DNA of 64,000 nucleotides from Felis catus (Eukaryota), in NCBI RefSeq assembly GCF_018350175.1, contig NC_058382.1, positions 50,594,001 to 50,658,000 of the forward strand, in the 5' to 3' direction. Under the pieces are notes generated by a model. It ran no database searches. It was not told where the DNA came from and worked only from the letters and a program-made list of their open reading frames with translations. Below, piece after piece: positions 40,522 to 53,111 of the stretch. Positions within the stretch are counted from its first letter, which is position 1. Every line of letters starts with the position of its first letter. Made by a program: the position numbers and the translations under genes.

Positions 40522-40700
40522 GGGGCACCTGGGTGGTTCAGGCCATTAAGCATCTGACTCTTGATTTAGGCTCACGTCCTGATCTCTTGTGAGATTGAGC
40601 CCAGGCTCCACACTGGGCATGGAGCCTGCTTAAGATTCTCTCTCTCTCCCTCTGCCCCTCCCCTGCCTGCGCTGTGTCTCAAAAAAAGAAAAAAAAAATT
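40522..40700 (+). mobile_element. Can-SINE (older, short type)
   Basis: TSD aaaggcat. Confidence 0.85.
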
Positions 40701-40945
40701 AAAGGCATCTATGAAGATCTGACAGCTAATATCATATTGAATAGCCAAAGATTTAAAATGCTTTCCCTCTGAGATCAGGATTAAGGCAAAGATGTCTGCT
40801 ATTACCTGTCCGATTCAATATCATACTGTTGGTCCTAGCATATGCAATATGAAAAGGAATTCAAGGCATATAGATCAGAAAGGAAGATATAAAATGTTCC
40901 ATTTATAAATGATACGGATTTCTAGGTAGGAAATCTGTAAGAACT

Positions 40946-41191
40946 TTTTTTTTTTATTTTTTTATTTTTAAAAAAAAATTTTTTTTTTCAACGTTTATTT
41001 ATTTTGGGGACAGAGAGAGACAGAGCATGAACGGGGGAGGGGCAGAGAGAGAGGGAGACACAGAATCGGAAACAGGCTCCAGGCTCCGAGCCATCAGCCC
41101 AGAGCCTGACGCGGGGCTCGAACTCACGGACCGCGAGATCGTGACCTGGCTGAAGTCGGACGCTTAACTGACTGCGCCACCCAGGCGCCCC
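40946..41191 (-). mobile_element. Young felid Can-SINE without visible TSD
   Basis: Near-consensus reverse body; the flanks do not match each other. Confidence 0.93.
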
Positions 41192-41500
41192 AGGCATAGA
41201 TTTCTTAAATACAACGCCAAATGCATGATCCATAAAATTGTTAAAAATGATAAATTAATTTTCATCGAATTTAAAAACTACTTTTAAAATGACATTGTTA
41301 AGAAAGTGAAAAGACAAGCCACAAACTGGGAGAAAATATTTACAAAATACATACCCGATAAAGCCTAGTGTCCAGGATATAGAAAGAACATTACTCTCAC
41401 GGGTCAATAAAAAATATTCAGATTAAGACATGGGCAAAAGATTTGCACATTTATCAGAGAAAATATACAGATTTCAAAAAGCACATAAAAAGATTTTCAA

Positions 41501-41720
41501 GGGGCACCTGGGTGGCTCAGTGTCCACCTACGTGTCCACCTTCAACTCAGGTCCTGATGATCTTGCGGTTTGTGAGTTCGAGCCTTGCGTCAGGCTCTGT
41601 GCTGACAGTTCAGAGCCTGGAGCCTGCTTTGGATTCTGTCTCCTTCTATCTCTGCCCCTGCCCCACTTGTGCTCTTTCTCTATCAAAAATAAGTAAATGT
41701 AAAATAATAATAAAAAAAAG
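41501..41720 (+). mobile_element. Can-SINE
   Basis: TSD aaaaagattttcaa / aaaaagattctcaa. Confidence 0.9.
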
Positions 41721-42714
41721 ATTCTCAATATCCTTCGTCATTAGGAAAATGTAAAATAATACCATAAGGAGATATCAATATATAACTGTTAAAATTGATA
41801 AAAATTTTTAAAAAAGAGACAATATCAAATTCTGGTGAAGATTCAGAGTAACAGGAACTCTCACTGCTGGTACAAATGTAAAATGCTACAGACACTTTGG
41901 AAGATAGTTTGGCAGATTTTTTTGTTTTTGTTTTTTCATAGGTTAAGCACACATTTACCATATGATACAGCAATTCCATTCTTAGATATACAAGAGACAT
42001 AAAAAAACCTGTATGTAAAGGTTTATACTGGCTCTATTCATAGTCTCCTAAAACTGGAACCCACCCAAATGTCCATCAACAAGTGAATGAATAAGTTTCC
42101 CATTTTACTGTGGTGTAGCCACTCTATACAACGGAATTCTACTGAACATTAAAAAGAAATGGAGTATTGATACATACAGTAACGTGAATGAATCTCAAGC
42201 ACTTTATGCTAAGTAAAAGAGTCTTACTTAAAATATGTGCTGGATGATTCAGTGTCTAAGGTATTTTGGAAAAGGCAAAACCATGGGAACAAAAACAGGA
42301 TTTCAGTTGCCAACAGCTTCAAGGTGAGAGGAATTCTGCAAAGGGGAACAGATTAAGGACATGTTCTACATCTTGAGTGTGGTGGTGGTTTCATGGCTTT
42401 ATGCATCTGTCAAGATTGTTACACAAATAAAGGGTCATTTTTATTCATGTAAATTATCCTTCAATACATCTGACTCCAAAAAAAAAAAAAACCCTCAAAA
42501 AAAAAGACTAAATGTTAGTATGAACTAAATGCTCTTTTTTAAAGAGAAGTTTTAGGTTTATAACAAAATTGAAAGGCAAGTATGGAGATTGCTTTATATC
42601 CCCTGCCCACACACATAGATAACCTCTCTTATCAACATCACTCACCAGAATAGTACATTTTTTTTAACCAAGGATCATAACTGCTTAATTTAAAAATTGG
42701 TTTATCTAAAGAAT

Positions 42715-44520
42715 ACCGTAAAACTAGAAGACATTGATGAAAAAAATTGATAACACAAACAAATGAAAATATATACCATGCTCATGGATTGGAAGGATCA
42801 ATATAATTAAAATCTCCATACTACCAAAGCAATATACAGATTCAGTGCAATCCCTATTATAATACCAATAGTATTTTTCACAGAACTAGAATAATTCTAA
42901 AAGTTGTATGAAACCACAAAAGACCCTGAATAGCCAAACCAATCTTGAGAAAGAAGAACAAAGTGGGAGGTGTCACACTCCCAGATTTCAAGTATACTAC
43001 AAAGGTATATCCACACTTAATCTACAAGAAAGGAGGCAAGAATATACAATGGAGAAAAGACAACCCCTTCCACAAATGGTGCTGGGGAAACTGGACAGCT
43101 ACATGCAAAAGAATGAAACCTGACCACTTTCTTACACCATATACAAAATAAACTCAAAGTGGATTAAAGGCCTGAATGTGAGAACTGAAACTATAAAACT
43201 CCTTAAACAAAACATAGGCAGTAATCTCTTGGACATCAGCTTTAGAAACATTTTTCTAGCTATGTCTCCCCAGGTAAGGGAAACGAAAGCAAAAATAAAC
43301 TAAAATAAAAAGCTTTTGTACAGCAAAGAAAACCATTAACAAAACGAAAAGGCAAGATACTGAATGGGAGAAGATATTTGCAGATGATATATTTGATAAG
43401 GGGTAATATCCAAAGTATATAATAATCTTCCACAACTCAACACATAATCCAATTAAAATGAGCAGAGGACTGGAATAGGCATTTTCCTAAAGAAGACGTA
43501 AGGATGGTCAACAGACATATGAAAAGATGCTCAATATCACTAATCATCAGGGAAATGAAAATCAAAACACAATGAGATATCACCTTATACTTGTCAGAAT
43601 TGCTAGTATCAAAAAGATAAGAAATAACAAGTGTTGGCCAGAAACTCTTGTTCACTGAACGAGTGTTCATTGAACTCTTGTACACCATTGGTGGGAATGT
43701 ACATTGGTGCAACCTGTGTACAACAGTATTGAGGCTCCTCAAAACATTAAAAATAGAGTTACCATTTGATCCAGGAATTTTGCTGCTGGGCATTTGCCTA
43801 AAGAAAATGAAAACAGTAATTTGAAAAGATATATGCATCCCTATGTTTATTGTAGCATTATTTACAATAGGCAAGATATAGAAGCAGCTTACATGTCCAT
43901 CAGTAGATGAAGGGATAAGGAAGAAGCAGTATATATTAAGTATTATATATCTTATTAATATATCTACTAAGTCTATATCTTATTAATCTATATCTTATTA
44001 ATTAATTAATCTATATCTTATTAATCTATATCTTATTAATATATCTATTAAGTGTATATATATCAGCCATGAAAAAGATGAGATCTTGCCACTTGCGACA
44101 ACATGGATGGACCTAGACGGTATTGTGCTAAGTGAAATAAGTCAGCCCGAGATAGACAAATACCATATGATTTCACTCGTATGTGGAATCTAAAAACCAA
44201 AACAAAACAAAACAGAAGCAGACCCATAAATACAGGGAACAAAACCGTGGTTGCCAGAGGGGCAGAGGTGGGCGATGGGTGAAATGGGTAAAGGGGATTT
44301 GGAGGACCAGAGTTCTAATTATGGAATGAATAAATCCGGGGAATAAAAGGGACGGAATAGGGAATATAGTCAATGGTATTGTAGGAGTGTTGCATGGCGA
44401 CAGATGGTAGCTACACTTGTGGTGAACACAGCATAACATATACGGTTGTCGAACCTCTATGTCATACTCCTGAAACTAATGTAACACTGTATGTCAACTG
44501 TACTTCAATTTAAAAAAAAT
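42715..44520 (+). mobile_element. L1 3' part (carnivore/L1MA-type), internally deleted
   Basis: ORF 42945..43151 [53 protein letters not shown] is L1 ORF2; 3' end ctgaaactaatgtaacactgtatgtcaactgtacttcaatttaaaa. Confidence 0.9.
43935..44060 (+). repeat. AT-rich ~15-bp minisatellite (CTATATCTTATTAAT)n inside L1
   Basis: Several exact and degenerate tandem units read directly. Confidence 0.85.
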
Positions 44521-46021
44521 ACCAGAAATAAATTCATAAAACAGCCAAGGTTTTAGTAACACGGTTGTCCTCTAGGACACTCATAGAATCCTGCTGAACA
44601 TGTTTCTAACTTTTATTAACTGTAGAAGCAAAAGAGTCAAAGGAAAGAATTGTGGGAAAACATCTGGGTTTACTGGTTAATAAGTTGTAATTAGTCAGAG
44701 GGCTTACTCGTATACTTTCCTTTCTCCCAGAAGCAGTGGGAACATCCTCATTTTGAGGTTCCATCCAAAGTCTTCTTGACTGGTAATCCCTCAACTTTGG
44801 CATGCATAAAGATTAACTGGAGAGCATGCCCACTGTGCTTACACTGTCTTCAGAACTCTCCCCAAATGCTAAAGAGAAAGAGTGGATATCCAGTATTGAC
44901 ACACAGGTCAGGAGGACATCTACAGAGACCATTCCCTACTTCTGCGGGTCCTGTGGCAGAGGGAAAACTCATGGACCTCTGATGGCATCTGGCTTCACTG
45001 CCTTTTCATTTCCTTTCCTTCATCTGCAAAATCTCCCCAAGCGAAACATTTACTGAAACTTTCCACACTCAGTGAAGACTTCAGTAGGTCTCTAGAGGAC
45101 TTGGCCTTATACTTTCAAAGAATATTGAACAAATTACAGAGATATATTTTCATACTGGCTTTTAATTATTTTTGAGCCTCTCAAGAGCAGATCCATTGCT
45201 CATTTATTATTGTGTTCCTGGCACCTAGTCCATTACCTGTTACATGAAAGATAATCAATAAATAGCAGTTTGTGAAAGAATGAGAAAGATCCATCATATA
45301 TGGCTCAAGAAACCTATAACTTTGAATTATTTGAAAGAGACAGGAATCAGGTTTTGATGTATCCGCAATTAAATGATGTGCAAATATACACTTTGAATGG
45401 AAAGAGTTTAGCTTTTATTGAAAGATGTATTCCAATTGAAAAATCACATAGTACATGGAGTATCTAGTTCCATCTGAACCATTTTTCATCAATACACTTG
45501 GACTTGGGCACTGAAAGTGCTTTCAAATGAATATATGATTTTACTTAATATTAATAATTTTGATTTTTACTCTTCTAATAATCCAGCACCTTTGTAAAAC
45601 TGAAATACTTTCTACTTGTTGGAGGAAACGATATTTTGTCCATTTTGTTTGTTTTCTGTTCTTTTGAGATGACTTATATTACTCACTGGTAATTAATGCT
45701 CAAGCAGCTTCACAAATGTGAGGGAACATTCTCTCTCATGCTTTCAAAAGATTTCCCCTTTTCTGAGACCAGGAATCCTGATAATTCTCAAGACTGTAAT
45801 AATACCTCTTGTGATAATTTTATATACATGCATACCTTTATTTATAGTTTTAATATTAAATATTACTGACTTAATTGATATAGGCATTATAAAATTTTAA
45901 GGTATACAGAAATGTATAAATGTCAAAGAAAAGAGTATACTAATAACCAAGAGTCACACAGCTCAGAAATAATGATTCACATCAGTGAATATTATTCCAG
46001 ACATTGCTGGATATTCCCAGA

Positions 46022-46222
46022 GCAGGGTTTCCCAACTTTGGCAATCCCAACATTGGGGCTGTTATGATTGGGGGCTGTCCTGTGTATTGCTGAACACGTA
46101 GCAATATCCCTGGTCTCAATCCACTAGTAGCACTTTTCCCCTAGTTGTGACAACCAAATATGTCTCCAGAAATTTTCAGATGTCCCCTGGGGGCAAAACC
46201 TTCTCATGTTGAGAGAAGCACT
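46022..46222 (-). mobile_element. MER20, opposite orientation to the 39 kb copy
   Basis: cagggtttcccaac..ggggctgtcctgtg..agttgtgacaaccaaa..tgtctccaga..atgtcccctgggggcaaaa. Confidence 0.85.
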
Positions 46223-46799
46223 ACTCTAGACAGAAAAATAGAAACAGAGATTGAGAAATACGTTTGCAAAACTTTATTAATGGAAATCGACAGAGAAAGA
46301 AAACCAAATTGAAGCCAAGGGAATTGCTTTACATTATTTATATATCTCATAAATATATGTTCAACTTGAGTGATCCCACTAAACCTTAAAAAAAGATTAT
46401 GAAAATTTAAAACATTACAGAGTCACTAGGCTTTATGTTAAACTCATTTTTAAATTTTATACAGTATTGATCTATTGTGAAAAATGGGAAAAGTAACTCA
46501 TTTGTCCTCTCCTCTTCTTTTTCTCCCCCACCTCTCCTTTTTGCTAATTTTGCTGTTATTTGTATAGTTGTTTATTTCTTAATGCTAACTGCTAGTCTAT
46601 CATCAGAGCCTCTCTATTCTTGAATGGTTTTTTATTTTGATTTGTTTCTTCTTGGACTGCATTGTCAGGTAGCTGATGTTTTCTGTTTTCCTCCAGAAAG
46701 ACTCTTGAGTGTTGCATTTCTTGAGTATGCACGTGCTTGGGAATATTTGTTGCCTCAGAACTCTAAAATAAAATTTGCAAGTTTAACTTTATATTATTT

Positions 46800-47370
46800 T
46801 TTGATAACAGCTTTAGTGAGAAATAATTCACATGCCCTACAATTCACCCATTTAAAGTGTATAGTCTGATCATATTTTAGTATATTTGATCATTTCGGTA
46901 CATTATAGAGTTATGCAGCCATCACCACAACCCAACCAATTTTGGAACATTTTCATCACCCCAAAAAGAAACCTGTACCCACTGATCAGACAGTCCCTGT
47001 TTCCCTCCTGCGCTGACTCCAACCCTAGTCAACAACATTTAGATGCAAACACAAGAGTATGTGGTCTTCGTGACTGGCTGTTTTCACTTAGCATGATATT
47101 GTCAAGGCTTATCCATGTTGTACTGTGTATCAACACTTCAATAATATTTATGACCAGATAATGTTCCATTGTATGGATAGATGACATTTTGTTTACCCAT
47201 TAATCGGTTGACAGACGTGTGGCTTGGTTCCACTTTTTGGCTATTATAAATAATGCTATACATGAACATCCATGTATGAGGTTTTTTCTGGATACATGTT
47301 TTAATTTATATTGAGTATATTTCTAGGAATAGAACTTCTGGGGTGTAAGGTAACTCTACATTTGAACTTT
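46800..47370 (-). mobile_element. L1MB-like 3' end
   Basis: aacagcttta.tgag.aataattcacat..caattcacccatttaaagtgta..gaacattttcatcaccccaaaaagaaacc..ttccactttttggctattat. Confidence 0.85.
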
Positions 47371-47394
47371 TTATTTATTTATCTTTCTTAATTT

Positions 47395-47616
47395 TTCTAA
47401 TGTTTATTTATTTATTTTGAGAGACACACACACACACACACAATGTGAGTGAGGCAGGGGCAGAGAGAGAGAGGAGAGAGAGAGAGAATCCCAGTCAGGC
47501 TCCACACTGTCAGTGCAGAGCCCAATGTGGGACTTGAACTCATGAAACCATGAGATCATGACCTGAGCTGAGATAACGAGTCGGACACTTATCCACCTGA
47601 GCCACTCAGTCACCCC
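47395..47616 (-). mobile_element. Can-SINE with (CA)n
   Basis: Reverse body. Confidence 0.88.
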
Positions 47617-48914
47617 TTCAACTTTTTAGAAACTGACGTAACATTTTAGTGGGTTGCACTTTGTGACTCGCCATTTGTACATATTATCCTACTTTTGTCT
47701 GCGCTGAGACATGCAGTCATCCTGTCCTTCCACACCTTTTCCAGATAGCTTTTGGCTGATATTTCATTACAAAGTAGGCTTTTATTTTTATTGTTCCTCA
47801 AAAGGGTTTGTGCATGCTTTATTCTCAGATTTCTTTCAAATATGAGAATGTCTGCCTATTGCTTTAACACACAAAAAATTAGGCTGGATATGTTTTCTTT
47901 CTCTCAGAAATTTGTGGAGAGTGCTTCTTTGTCTTCTGGTATTGAATCTTGCTGTATTCTGAAGCCAAACTTATTTTTTCACCTTCTAGAGGATTGGCTT
48001 TTTCTGACCAAATACTTTAATATTCTGTCCTCAAGGTCAGTAACTTAACAAGGATGCATTTCAGTGTTACGCTTTGTCATTAATTCTCCCTCAAGTTGAA
48101 TGTCATATGGTAAACTATAGAAAGTGTATATTTTTTAAACTGTTTGGTGTTGCAAACATGATCTAAATTTCTGCTCTCAGTTTATTAATCTGAACAAGGT
48201 AGTTTTTTAACTCTGGCATTTGAGTGTTTCTAACTATTTGACTCAATGTACTTCTTCTCAGTTAATCCATTGTGTTGAAATTTTATGTCAATCAAGGAAC
48301 CACCAAAACTTAAGCATAGTTAAAAAAGATTGTTCTAAGTTTCTTGTTCTAAGAAACTCTTGTCATTGAAATTGTTTTTTTTCATTTTCTCTGCATTGAC
48401 TTGTTCAGCTGTCTGAGAAATCACAGCTGCCCAAAATGCATTAAATAATCAAAGGTGCATGTAGGCAATAAATAACTTTGCAGAAGTTACATTCATAGAC
48501 TTGAGAAAGATATTGACTAGTGATTTGGTTAATTTCTCTTCCATTCGACAGAGTTTTGTTCCATTTGGCAGACTACGTATAAACCATTAAGGAGAGTGAG
48601 GATCAATTCTATTTTAACAGATAATCATATAATTTTGCAAGCTCTACTATGTCTGATAATCCTCTACCAATAAGAAATTCTTTTTAATTTTTATATTTTT
48701 ATTTTCTTTCCTTAGGTTCTCTTTATTTAATTTTCCTCGTGTTTCTTCTCCCTTTTTTTTTACCCCTTCCTCCTTTTCCTCTTCTTCTTTCACTCTCTCT
48801 TCTGTTCCCCTCTTTCCCTCCCTCTTTCTACTTGTCTACCAAAGAATTTGAGTGTATTTACTGAGATAAGTACAGTAAGCTTTCTTATTGCTACTTTGAC
48901 AGAGGAAATCTTAT

Positions 48915-48974
48915 CGTTTCATTCAACAAATATTTACTGAGCCCATACATTATACTATGCCTTCTCCACATCCT

Positions 48975-49014
<40 letters not shown>

Positions 49015-50200
49015 ATGCACACAGTGAACAGAATAGATAAAAGTATCTGCATTTTGGGGGCTTGAGTTCTCTTGGAGGGTGATAGACAATAAAAAAGTAA
49101 AATATATGGTATGATAGATGCTAATAAGATGTGTTGTGAAGACAACGTAGTCGAGGCAGGGTGGTGTGGGATTGGAAATTTTAAATAGCATGGTCATAAA
49201 ATGCCCACTAAGAAGGTGGCATTGGAATAAAAGTCTGAAGGAAATAAGGGAGCACGTCATGTGTATATCTGTGAAAGAGTACTCTGAGACAGAGGACAAA
49301 GCCAGAGTAGCCACGTAGAGATGGGAATGTAGCCGATATGCTCATGGAACAGCAAGATGATTAAAACATCTGGAGCAGAGTGAGCGAAGAGAATGGCAGA
49401 AGACATTCGAAGATCAGGTGGTCAGATCATGGAGGGTTTTGAAAGGTTTAATTTTTTCAACTTGAATGCAATTGGAAAACATTAGACAATTTTGAGCAGA
49501 GGCTTGATGTGATCTAACTTACATTTTAAAGAGATTTAACAGGGGAGGTGAAAGCAAGGAGGCCATTTATAAGACCATATCACCAACCCAGCTGAGGAGT
49601 CGTAGTGGTTTGGGCCATGGGCACAATGACAATAGTTGTAGTATGGGACTAATTCAAAAGGGGAAGCAATACAGTTTGCTGATGGATTGATGTAGGTTGC
49701 AAAAGCGTCAAGAATGACACCAAGGTGCTCGGTCTAATAGTCAATTAGAGGCACAGAACTGGCATTTCCCAAGATAGAAAATATTGCTGCTGGGGTCAAG
49801 GAGTTGCAGAAGAATGTAAAGAACTCAGTTTTTGAACATATTAAAGTTGAGTTGACATGTTCAGATAGAATGTGGGGTTGTTAGTTTGAGAGTTCCAGGC
49901 TTCAGATATGTATTTGTAAGCCATCGGCATATTTAAAGCCATGAGATGGGCCAGCAGGAGTTATTGTGGATGGATAAGTGGGCATTCCAATATTAATAGG
50001 GATTGGAGGCATTCAAACATTAGTAGGTTGAAGAGGGGAGGAGGAAGAAAGAAAGAAACAGAATTACAACACTAATGAGAAAGGCAAGAGTGTTGGTGTT
50101 CTGGAGCCAAGTGAAGAAAATGTTTCAAGGAGGGGAGAATAATCAACTACGTTAATTGTTGTTGATAGATTAAGGTTAAGTAAGATGAGGGCTGAGAATT
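48915..50200 (-). mobile_element. L2 with inserted (GA)n at ~48978-49013
   Basis: ttcattcaacaaatatttactgag (L2 3' end, reverse), ttttgagcagagg..gatctaacttacatttt, tttgctgatggattg, gccaagtgaagaaaatgtttcaaggagg. Confidence 0.8.
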
Positions 50201-50388
50201 GACAAAGGACTAGTATCTAGAATATATAAAGAACCCTGGGAAATCAACAGTGGAAATAAAAAGAAACAATGCAATTAAAATAGGGATGTTATGGACTGAA
50301 TTGTTTCCCCACCCCAAAGCTTATATGTTGAAGCCCTAACCCCATTGTAACTGTGTTAACTGGTAGGGTCTTTAAAGAGGTAATTTAA

Positions 50389-50835
50389 GGGGCGCCTGGG
50401 TGGCTCCATCGATTAAGCGTCCGACTTCAGCTCAGGTCATGATCTCAGGGTCTGTGAGTTTGAGCCCCGCGTCGGGCTCTGTGCTGACAGCTCAGAGCCT
50501 GGAGCCTGCTTCGGATTCTGTGTCTCCCTCTCTCTCTGACCCTCCCCTATTCATGCTCTGTCTCTCTCTGTCTCAAAAATAAATAAACATTTTTATGGGG
50601 CGCCTGGGTGGCGCAGTCGGTTAAGCGTCCGACTTCAGCCAGGTCACTATCTCGCGGTCCATGAGTTCAAGCCCCGCGTCAGGCTCTGGGCTGATGGCTC
50701 GGAGCCTGGAGCCTGTTTCCGATTCTGTGTCTCCCTCTCTCTCTGCCCCTCCCCCGTTCATGCTCTGTCTCTCTCTGTCCCAAAAATAAATAAACGTTGA
50801 AAAAAAAATTAAAAAAAAAATAAACATTTTTAAAA
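50389..50835 (+). mobile_element. Can-SINE with a younger felid SINE (50597-50820) nested in its tail
   Basis: Outer TSD aaagaggtaatttaag; inner TSD ataaacattttt. Confidence 0.93.
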
Positions 50836-50899
50836 AAGAGGTAATTTAAGTTAAATGAGGTCATAAGGCTGGGGCCCTAATTTGATTGGTCTTGTGGTT

Positions 50900-51120
50900 T
50901 TTTGTTGTTTTTTTCTTAACGTTTATTTACTTTTGAGACAGAGAGAGACAGAGCATGAACAGGGAAGGGTCAGAGAGAGTGGGAGACACAGAATCTGAAA
51001 CAGGCTCCAGGCAATGAACTGTCAGCACAGAGCCTGACGTGGGGCTTGAACTCACGGACCGCCAGATCGTGACCTGAGCCGAAGTCGGACGCTTAACCGA
51101 CTGAGCCACCCAGGCGCCCC
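50900..51120 (-). mobile_element. Can-SINE
   Basis: TSD tggtcttgtg. Confidence 0.93.
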
Positions 51121-52629
51121 TGGTCTTGTGTTTTTATACAAAGAGGAAGAGACATCAGAGGGTTCTCTCTTCCCACCTGTGCACAGAGGAAAGGCCAAGA
51201 GAGAAGGTGGCCCTCAGCAAGCCAGGGATATAATGGGTAAAAGAGATTTCACCAAAGGGCTACAGATGGCAATTAGCACATGAAAGGATACTCAAAATCA
51301 TTAGCCCCTGGGCAAATGCATATCAAAACCACGATGAGATGTCACTACACACCCTTCAAAATGGCTATAAAAATAATGATACAGAATTCTGACTAGGATG
51401 TGGAAAACCAGCTCGCTCACACATTGCTGGCGGGGATGTAAATAATACAGCCACTCTGGAAAGGACTGTGGCAGTTTCATAAAAAGTAAAACACGCAACT
51501 CTCCTATGACTCAGGGATAGCATTTATCCCAGAGAACTGAGAATTTATGTTCATACAAAAACTTTTACATGGATATTCACTGCGGCTTTGATTGTAATAG
51601 CTGAAAACTAGAAACAATCCAGATGTCTTTCAACAGGAGAATAGTTAAACAAATTTTGGTACATCCGTACATGGAATACTGTTCAGCAATAAAAAGGAAT
51701 GAACTATTGATTCGCACACCAACTTGGTGTATCTTCAGAGAGAACTCTGAGTGAAAAATGTCAGTCTCAAAGGCTACCTACCTTTCATTTATGGGACATT
51801 CTTCAGATGACAATAGAGAATAGGGGTTGTAAGAGGGCTACAGAAGAGTGAGGGCAGGAGGGAAATGAGTGTGTCTATAAAAGAGAAGCATTGGAGGCTA
51901 CTTGCCATGATGCAGATGTCCTGCATCTTGACTGCTATCAGTGTGAATATCCCGGTTTTGATACACTACAGTTTTGCAAGATGTTAGCGTTGGGGAAAAT
52001 CTAGCTAATGGATGCACAGAATCTTTCTGTGTTATCTCTTACAACCGCACAAGAAGCTACAATAATCTCCAAATAAAAACTCAAATGCAAGAAATTATAC
52101 TTCCAGCTTTTGAAATGACTCTTACCTCCAGAAAGATCCGTTTGACTAGTAAATTATCCCTTGCCTTGGCATTTCTGTATTTCACTTCAGTTTATTTACT
52201 TTTAAGAAAGGTAGTGTTACCAAACTTATCGAGTTGTGTACATTAAATACGTACAGCTCTTTACATGACAATTATACCTTAATAAAGTGGGGCAAGAAAG
52301 AAAGGTAGGGTTAGTGTGTCATATGCCTTTTTCCTTTTATAAGTAAAAGCACAGTGCCTTAAAAAATAATGGCTTTTTCAAATGTTCTTTTTTAAAAACA
52401 GCATTATTAAGGTGTAATTTAATGCCGTATAATTCATGCATATAAAGTGAACTATTCAGTGACTTTTAGTATAGTCACAGCATTGTGTAACCATTACTGC
52501 AATCAATTTTAGAACATTTTTATTATGCAGAAAGAACTCCCCACCCCTTACCCCTGTTATTCTCTAATTGCCTCCTCTCCCCAGTTCCAGAGAACCACTA
52601 ATCTAACTTTCTGTCTCTATAAATCTGTT

Positions 52630-52826
52630 ATTTTTTTTTAATTTATTTATTTATTTTGAGAGAGAGAGTGTGAATGGAGGAGGAGCAGAGAAAGGGAAAG
52701 AGAGCATCCCAAGCAGGCTGCATGCCGTCAGCGTGATGCAGGGCTCATTCCCACGAACTGTGAAATCATGATCTCAGCCGAAATCAAGAGTTGGACGCTT
52801 AACCCACTGAGCCACCCAGGCGCCCC
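52630..52826 (-). mobile_element. Can-SINE
   Basis: TSD taaatctgtt. Confidence 0.9.
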
Positions 52827-52899
52827 TAAATCTGTTCTTTTTAATGGATAATCTATTAATGATATAAATAAAAGTTTATCAAAAAGAATATTTTTAAAT

Positions 52900-53111
52900 T
52901 CTTTTTTTTAAGTTTATTTATTTTGAGAGAGAGAGACATAGAGTGTGAGTTGGTGAGGGGCACACAGAGAGGGAGAGAGACAGAATCCCAAACAGGCAAC
53001 CCTCTGCCAGTGGAGAGCCCGACAAGGGCTCGAACCCACGAAACTGTGATATTATGACCTGAGCCGAAACCAAAAGTTGGATGCTCAACCAACTGAGTCA
53101 CCCAGGCGCCC
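52900..53111 (-). mobile_element. Can-SINE
   Basis: Reverse body; tttaaatt on both flanks. Confidence 0.9.

Larger units (their letters stand above)
40440..42480 (+). mobile_element. Old L1M (ORF2 parts and 3' UTR) with three SINE insertions
   Basis: acagctaatatcata, gagatcagga..aaggcaaagatgtc, aagacaagccacaaactgggagaaaatattt, ccatatgatacagcaattcca, cccaaatgtccatcaac. Confidence 0.85.
50287..51225 (+). mobile_element. MaLR LTR (MLT1A-like), 3'-truncated, containing three SINEs
   Basis: tgttatggactgaattg..tatatgttgaagccctaacccc..tagggtctttaaagaggtaatt..aagttaaatgaggtcataagg..gggccctaat..agaggaagagac..gcaagccagg. Confidence 0.8.
50200..52085 (+). mobile_element. Old L1M 3' region interrupted by an LTR and SINEs
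   Basis: gacaaaggactagtatctagaatatataaagaac (before the LTR) continues as gggtaaaagagatttcaccaaag..gatggcaattagcacatgaaa (after it). Confidence 0.75.

Noticed and set aside
43935..44060. CRISPR-like or other prokaryotic repeat array
   Set aside because: Tandem units without unique spacers in mammalian intronic DNA
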